Below, piece by piece: positions 58,982 through 64,000 of a stretch of DNA of 64,000 nt; position 1 is the first letter of the stretch; each line of letters begins with the position of its first letter. The notes below the pieces were generated by a model that ran no database searches, was not told the origin of the DNA, and saw only the letters and a program-made list of their open reading frames with translations. The stretch is from Malacoraja senta (Eukaryota): NCBI GenBank assembly GCA_038087875.1, contig CM075997.1:7132001-7196000 (forward strand), in the 5' to 3' direction. The position numbers and the translations under genes are program-made.

Positions 58982-59705
58982 AGATAGATAGATAGATAGA
59001 AACTTTATTTGCCACACGACCAGGGTTGGTGGTAATTGGGTTCGGTACATGATGGTACACTGCTTTAGCACATTAACACTAACAACAATAATAATAAAGC
59101 ACATCACAAATCACAAATCTCACCAACAATACATAGTGCAAAAGAACAGACAAAAACCATAGACAAGACACTGTATACATCAAAGTCAAAAAGTTATTGG
59201 AGGGAATTAAGTGTTCTTATTGCTGAGGGGGAGAAACTGTTTTTAAAGCGGGTGGATTTTGTAGCAAGTGACCTAAGGCGCCTCCCTGAAGGGAGAGACT
59301 GGAAAAAGGTGGTTTGCTGGATGGGAGGGGTCCGAGATGATCTTTGTTGCCCGTTTTGAGGTACGTTGGAGGTAAATGGAATGGATTGAGGGGAGGGGAG
59401 AGTTGATGATCCTAGAGGCCTTGGAGACAATGCGCTGTATTCTGTGTAGTGAATGACCGTCAGTGTTTCCGTACCAGACTGTGATTGAGGAAGTGATGAT
59501 GCTTTCAATGATGGATTGATAGAAGCGGACCAGGAGGTGTTTGTGGACTCTGAACTTCTTGAGCTGTCTGAGGAAGTGTAGGCGTTGTTGTCCTTTCTTA
59601 ATGATGTGGTCTGCATTGATGTGCCATTTTAGATTATTGCAGATATAGGTGCCCAGAAACTTAAATAAGTTCGTGGAGGTTATGGGATGGGAGTTGCCAT
59701 GGACC
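58982..59705 (-). mobile_element. Rex1/Babar LINE 3' fragment
   Basis: FKFLGTYI..QQRLHFLRQLKKF..IESIITSSITVWYG..DPSHPANHLF and an (ATCT)n tail. Confidence 0.88.
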
Positions 59706-59967
59706 GGGAGAATGAAGTTAGCAGGGAGAGATAGATCAGCCATGATTGAATGGCGGAATAGACTTGATGGGCCGAATGGTCAGCATTACATTGTTATGTG
59801 TGGCTGTCTGTTCAGTACTTTTGTCCACATTGTGGGCTGAAGGGCCCAATTCTGTGCTGTCCTGTTCTATGTTCTGTCAATATCAAAATGGAGGATGCCC
59901 AACATCCTCTTGTCCACCAAGGCCACATCAAATTTCTTGGCCTGATACGGCTGCATTACTTTAATTT

Positions 59968-60580
59968 TTAGTTCAGCTTATTGTCACTATTACCGAGGTA
60001 CAGTGAAACGCTTTCCTTGCGTGCTATCCAGTCAGTGGCAAGACTATACATGAAACCGTCCGCAGCGTACAGATATAAGATGAAGGGAATAATGTTTAGT
60101 GCAAGATAAAGTCCAGTAAAGTTCAATTAAAGATAGTCCAAGGGTTTCTAATGAGGTAGATACTAGTTCAGCACTGCTCTCTGGTTGTGGTAGGATGGTT
60201 CAGTTGCCCGATGACAGCTGGGAAGAAACTGTCTCTGAATCTGGAGGTGTGTGTTTTCACACTTCAAGATTCAAGATTCAAGATTCAAGATCCAAGAGAG
60301 TTTATTGTCATGTGTCCCAGATTGGACAATGAAAGTTTGCCCGATGGGAGAGGGGAGAAGAGGGAGTGGCCGGGGTGAGACTGGTCCTTGATGATGCTGC
60401 TGGCCTTGCCGAGGCAGCGTGAGGTGTAGATGGAGTCAATGGAAGGGAGGTTGATTTGTGTGATGGTCTGGGCTGCGTCCACAATTCTCTGCAATTCCTC
60501 GCGGTCCTGGATGGAGCTGTTCCCAAACCATGCTGCGATGCATCCTGATAAAGTGCTTTCTACGGCACATCTGTAGAAGT
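59968..60580 (-). mobile_element. Rex1/Babar-like LINE 3' fragment ending ~45 bp upstream of the NCX exon
   Basis: QRIVDAAQTITQINLPSIDSIYTSRC..HPGHSLFSPLPSG, followed by its 3' UTR. Confidence 0.8.
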
Positions 60581-60623
60581 GCCATCAAGTGAAAGGTCTA
60601 ACTATCCGTTTCCTAACACGCAG

Positions 60624-60748
60624 ACGAAGACAATAAAAAACTGTCGGCAGAGGAGGAAGAAGCTCGGCGCATAGCGGAGATGGGGCAGCCGATCCTTGGG
60701 GAACATTCCAAGTTGGAGGTCGTCATTGAAGAATCGTACGAATTTAAG
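60624..60748 (+). CDS. SLC8A2: NCX coding exon, 125 nt, C-terminal part of CBD2
   Basis: cctaacacgcag acceptor and TTTAAG|gtactc donor. Translates as DEDNKKLSAEEEEARRIAEMGQPILGEHSKLEVVIEESYEFK, in frame with the upstream exons. Confidence 0.95.
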
Positions 60749-60777
60749 GTACTCTCTAAAAAATTCCATGAGTAATC

Positions 60778-61120
60778 TATGATTACAAGGATGTTGCCAG
60801 CACTAAAGGGTGTGAGCTACAGGGAGAGGTTGAGCAGGCTGGGTCTCTATTCCTTGGAGCATATGAGGATGAGGGGTGATCTTATAGAGGTGTACAAAAC
60901 CATGAGAGGAATAAATCAGGTAGATGCACAGAGTCTCTGGCCCAGAGTGGGGGAATCGAAGACTAGAGGACATAGGTTCAGGGTGAAGGGGCAAAGATTT
61001 AATAGGGATCTTAGGGGTAACTTTTCCACACAAAGGGTGGTGGGTGTACGGAACGAGCTGCCAGAGGAGGTAGTTGAGGCTGGGACTATCCCAACATTTA
61101 AGAAACAGTTGGATAGGTAC
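60778..61120 (+). mobile_element. CR1 LINE 3' fragment
   Basis: TRMLPALKGVSYRERLSRLGLYSLE..RGDLIEVYK..TRGH. Confidence 0.87.
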
Positions 61121-62971
61121 GTCAGCATTCCGTGTAGTGGAGGAACTCCACGCAGCACCTTTAGCTTAGTTTGGAGATACAGTGTGGAAACAGGCCCTTC
61201 GGCCCACGGAGTCCGTGCCGACCCATCGAATCCCCGCGCGCTAACACTACTCTACACACACACAGGGGACAATTTACTATTTTGCTGAAGGCAGAAGAAG
61301 GATCTCGACCTGAAACGTCACCTATTCCTTCGCTCCATAGAGGCTGCCTCACCCGCTGAGTTTCTCCAGCATTTTTGTCTACCTTCGATTTTTCCAGCAT
61401 CTGCAGTTCTTTCTTTAAACATTTTGCTGAAGGCAATTGACTTAGAAACCTGTACGTCTTTAGAATGTGGGAGGAAACCCATGCAGGTCATGGGGAGAAC
61501 GTACAAACTCCGTACAGACAGCGCCCGTAGTCAGGATCGAACCCGGATCTCTGGCGCTGTGAGGCAGCAACTCTACCGCTGCGCTTAAAGTGAAGGAGGG
61601 AAGGATGGAACGAAGGGAAATATCCTGATGGGGAGAAATAATGTGGTGTTAAAGGGGCAGTGAGATCTTGGTGTCATGTTTTTCTAAGGGATAGACTGCA
61701 GAGTGTTATACAGTCTGTGAGGTAATATTATAGTCTGGCTTACTGTAGCATCTGCAGTCCATTTGATGTGCATTTAATGTTGGCAATAAATTCTTTTTTT
61801 AAGGCCATACAACCTCTTTTGTTTCACCATTCCAGTTCTTCATATTTCAACATAATCCTCAATCCTCCTTCAAAATGCTTCTCTTGAACACAGACTGCCT
61901 TTTTTAATTTTTTAATTTTTAAATTATTATTATTATTTTTTTCTCTTTCTCTTTTTGGAGCCTTGCGGATGGGGAGAGGGGTATATAAGTTTTGTACTGT
62001 CCTGTCCTGTACTGTTTGTTGGTGTTCTGTGTAAATTTGTGTTTATAACTTGAAAACCACAAATATATATATATTTTTTAAATGCTTCTATGTGCATTTA
62101 AGCCCGTCTGGATTGCCTGCTAGAATTGCTTTGCCAGGTAATTTAAGGGACATCACATTCCATGAGTGAAAAATTCCAAGTGAGTTCAGATTTTTGCTCA
62201 CAAGTCCCTCATTTTAACCAGTTACCCTTTAAACAAGATAGACAAAAATGCTGGAGAAACTCAGCGGGTGTGGCTGCCTCACCCGCTGAGTTTCTCCAGC
62301 ATTTTTGTCTCCCTTCGATTTTTCCAGCATCTGCAGTTCTTTCTTAAACTTCAATCAAGATAAGTCGGTCTAAGGCAGCAGTAGAGTTGCTGCCTTGCAG
62401 TGTCAGAGACCCGGGTTCGATCCTGACCACGGGCGCTGTCTGAGCAGAGTTTGTACGTTCTCCCCACGAGACCTGCGTGGGTTTTCTCCGGGATCTCCGG
62501 TTTCCTCCCACACTCCAAAGACGTAGGCTGATTGGGTTCGGTAAAATTGTAAATTGGCCCTAGTGTTTGTGTTGGATAGTGTGATTTCTGGACTCGGTGG
62601 GCTGAAGGGCCTGTTTCCGCGCTGTATCACTTAACTAAACTGCAGTCCCTAGGGAACCACCTTTCATAAACAGCTTCCCTCCGCACTCCTGATGTTTCAC
62701 TGTGTTTATGATGAGAAAGATGAACCTTGAGTGATGAAATTGAAGTGTCCAAGTTCACGACACAGAACGGACAAATTGATTTGCGCCTGAGGGACGCAAG
62801 TTTTAAGAAGCAGGGAGAACGTGCAAACTCCAGACAGGCAGCATCCATAGTCAGAATCGAACCCAGGTCTCTGTGAGGCAGCAACTCTACCGCTGCGCCA
62901 CTGTGCCGCCCTTTCTATGCATGTTTCTGCGCTGAGTGCAGAGTCTGGGCCAATGCAGTTTTGGTCGCCTA

Positions 62972-63595
62972 GACTCCAGAACCAGGGGCCACAGTTTAAG
63001 AATAAGGGGTGAGCCATTTAGAACGGAGACGAGGAAACACTTTTTCTCACAGAGTAGTGTGAGTCTGTGGAATTCTCCGCCTCAGCGGTCGGTGGAGGCA
63101 GGTTCTCTGGATGCTTTCAAGAGAGAGCTAGATAGGGCTCTTAAAAATAGCGGAGTCAGGGGATATGGGGAGAAGGCAGGAACGGGGTACTGATTGAGGA
63201 TGATCAGCCATGATCACATTGAATGGTAGACAAAACTGCTGGAGAAACTCAGCGGGTGAGGCAGCATCTATGGAGCGAAGGAAATAGGCAACGTTTCAGA
63301 ATATGACAGTCCCGCCATCCCGGGAATGAACCTTGTAAACCTACGCTGCACTTCCTCAATAGCAAGAATGTCCTTCCCCAAATTAGGGGACCAAAACTGC
63401 ACACAATACTCCAGATGTGGTCTCACTAGGGCCCTGTACAACTGCAGAAGGACCTCTTTGCTCCTATACTTGACTCCTCTTCTTATAAAGGCCAACATGC
63501 CATTCGCTTTCTTCACTGCCTGCTGTACCTGCATGCTTACTTTCATAGACTGATGAACAAGGACCCCCAGATCCCGTTGTACTTCCCCTTTTCCC
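62972..63595. mobile_element. Two CR1 fragments (+ 62972-63226, - 63300-63595) separated by a Penelope-type repeat
   Basis: ORFs 62936-63193 (+) and 63268-63723 (-) carry CR1 ORF2 motifs. Confidence 0.82.
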
Positions 63596-64000
63596 AACTT
63601 GACACCAGTTAGATAGTAATCTGCCTTCCTGTTTTTGATACCAAAGTGGATACCAAATAGGGTAGTGATCAGTGGTTGGCATGCACTCGGTGGGGCGAAG
63701 GGCCTGTTTCCGCAAACTCTCAACTCTATCTCCGAACTCTAAACCAAATCAATACTTTCTAGCTTAGAAATGGTTTTTACCAAGTTTATTCAAGGAGTAA
63801 AAATATTTGTGATCAAGATTCATATCCTGCACTAACTTCAGAGTTAAGGAATACAATATAAGATAATAAAACATAGAAACATAGAATTAATTAATGTTTA
63901 ATATATAAAATTTTACAAGTAGTTCAAATTTATCATTGTGTGTTAAAGTCAATTTAAGTATGCTGCCACTGCATATTCTGTACCCGTCTGAATAATAATT

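Overview
Vertebrate genomic DNA. The repeat set (HE1-like V-SINEs, HER1-like CR1 LINEs, Penelope remnants) points to a cartilaginous fish, probably a skate or ray; this is inference. The window appears to be intronic sequence of a + strand Na+/Ca2+ exchanger gene (SLC8A/NCX). SLC8A2 is the best fit, but SLC8A3 is not excluded. Three CBD2-region coding exons missed by the ORF track join in frame: 51011-51114, a 21-nt microexon at 53121-53141, and 60624-60748. A further 24-nt frame-preserving microexon candidate lies at 53918-53941. Most of the rest is nested transposable elements. These include CR1 and Rex1/Babar LINE fragments, tRNA-derived SINEs, Penelope GIY-YIG fragments with hammerhead-like motifs, and about 22 Harbinger-like MITEs in roughly 11 internal families sharing one terminal repeat. 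There is also a near-full-length but inactivated Tc1 element, a Tx1 fragment inside a (GA)n tract, a bipartite RTE derivative, a Helitron-like element, and four solo LTRs carrying CTCF-like motifs. Nearly all listed ORFs are TE remnants or spurious. TE boundaries are approximate unless a TSD is given, and only representative copies of the abundant families are listed.
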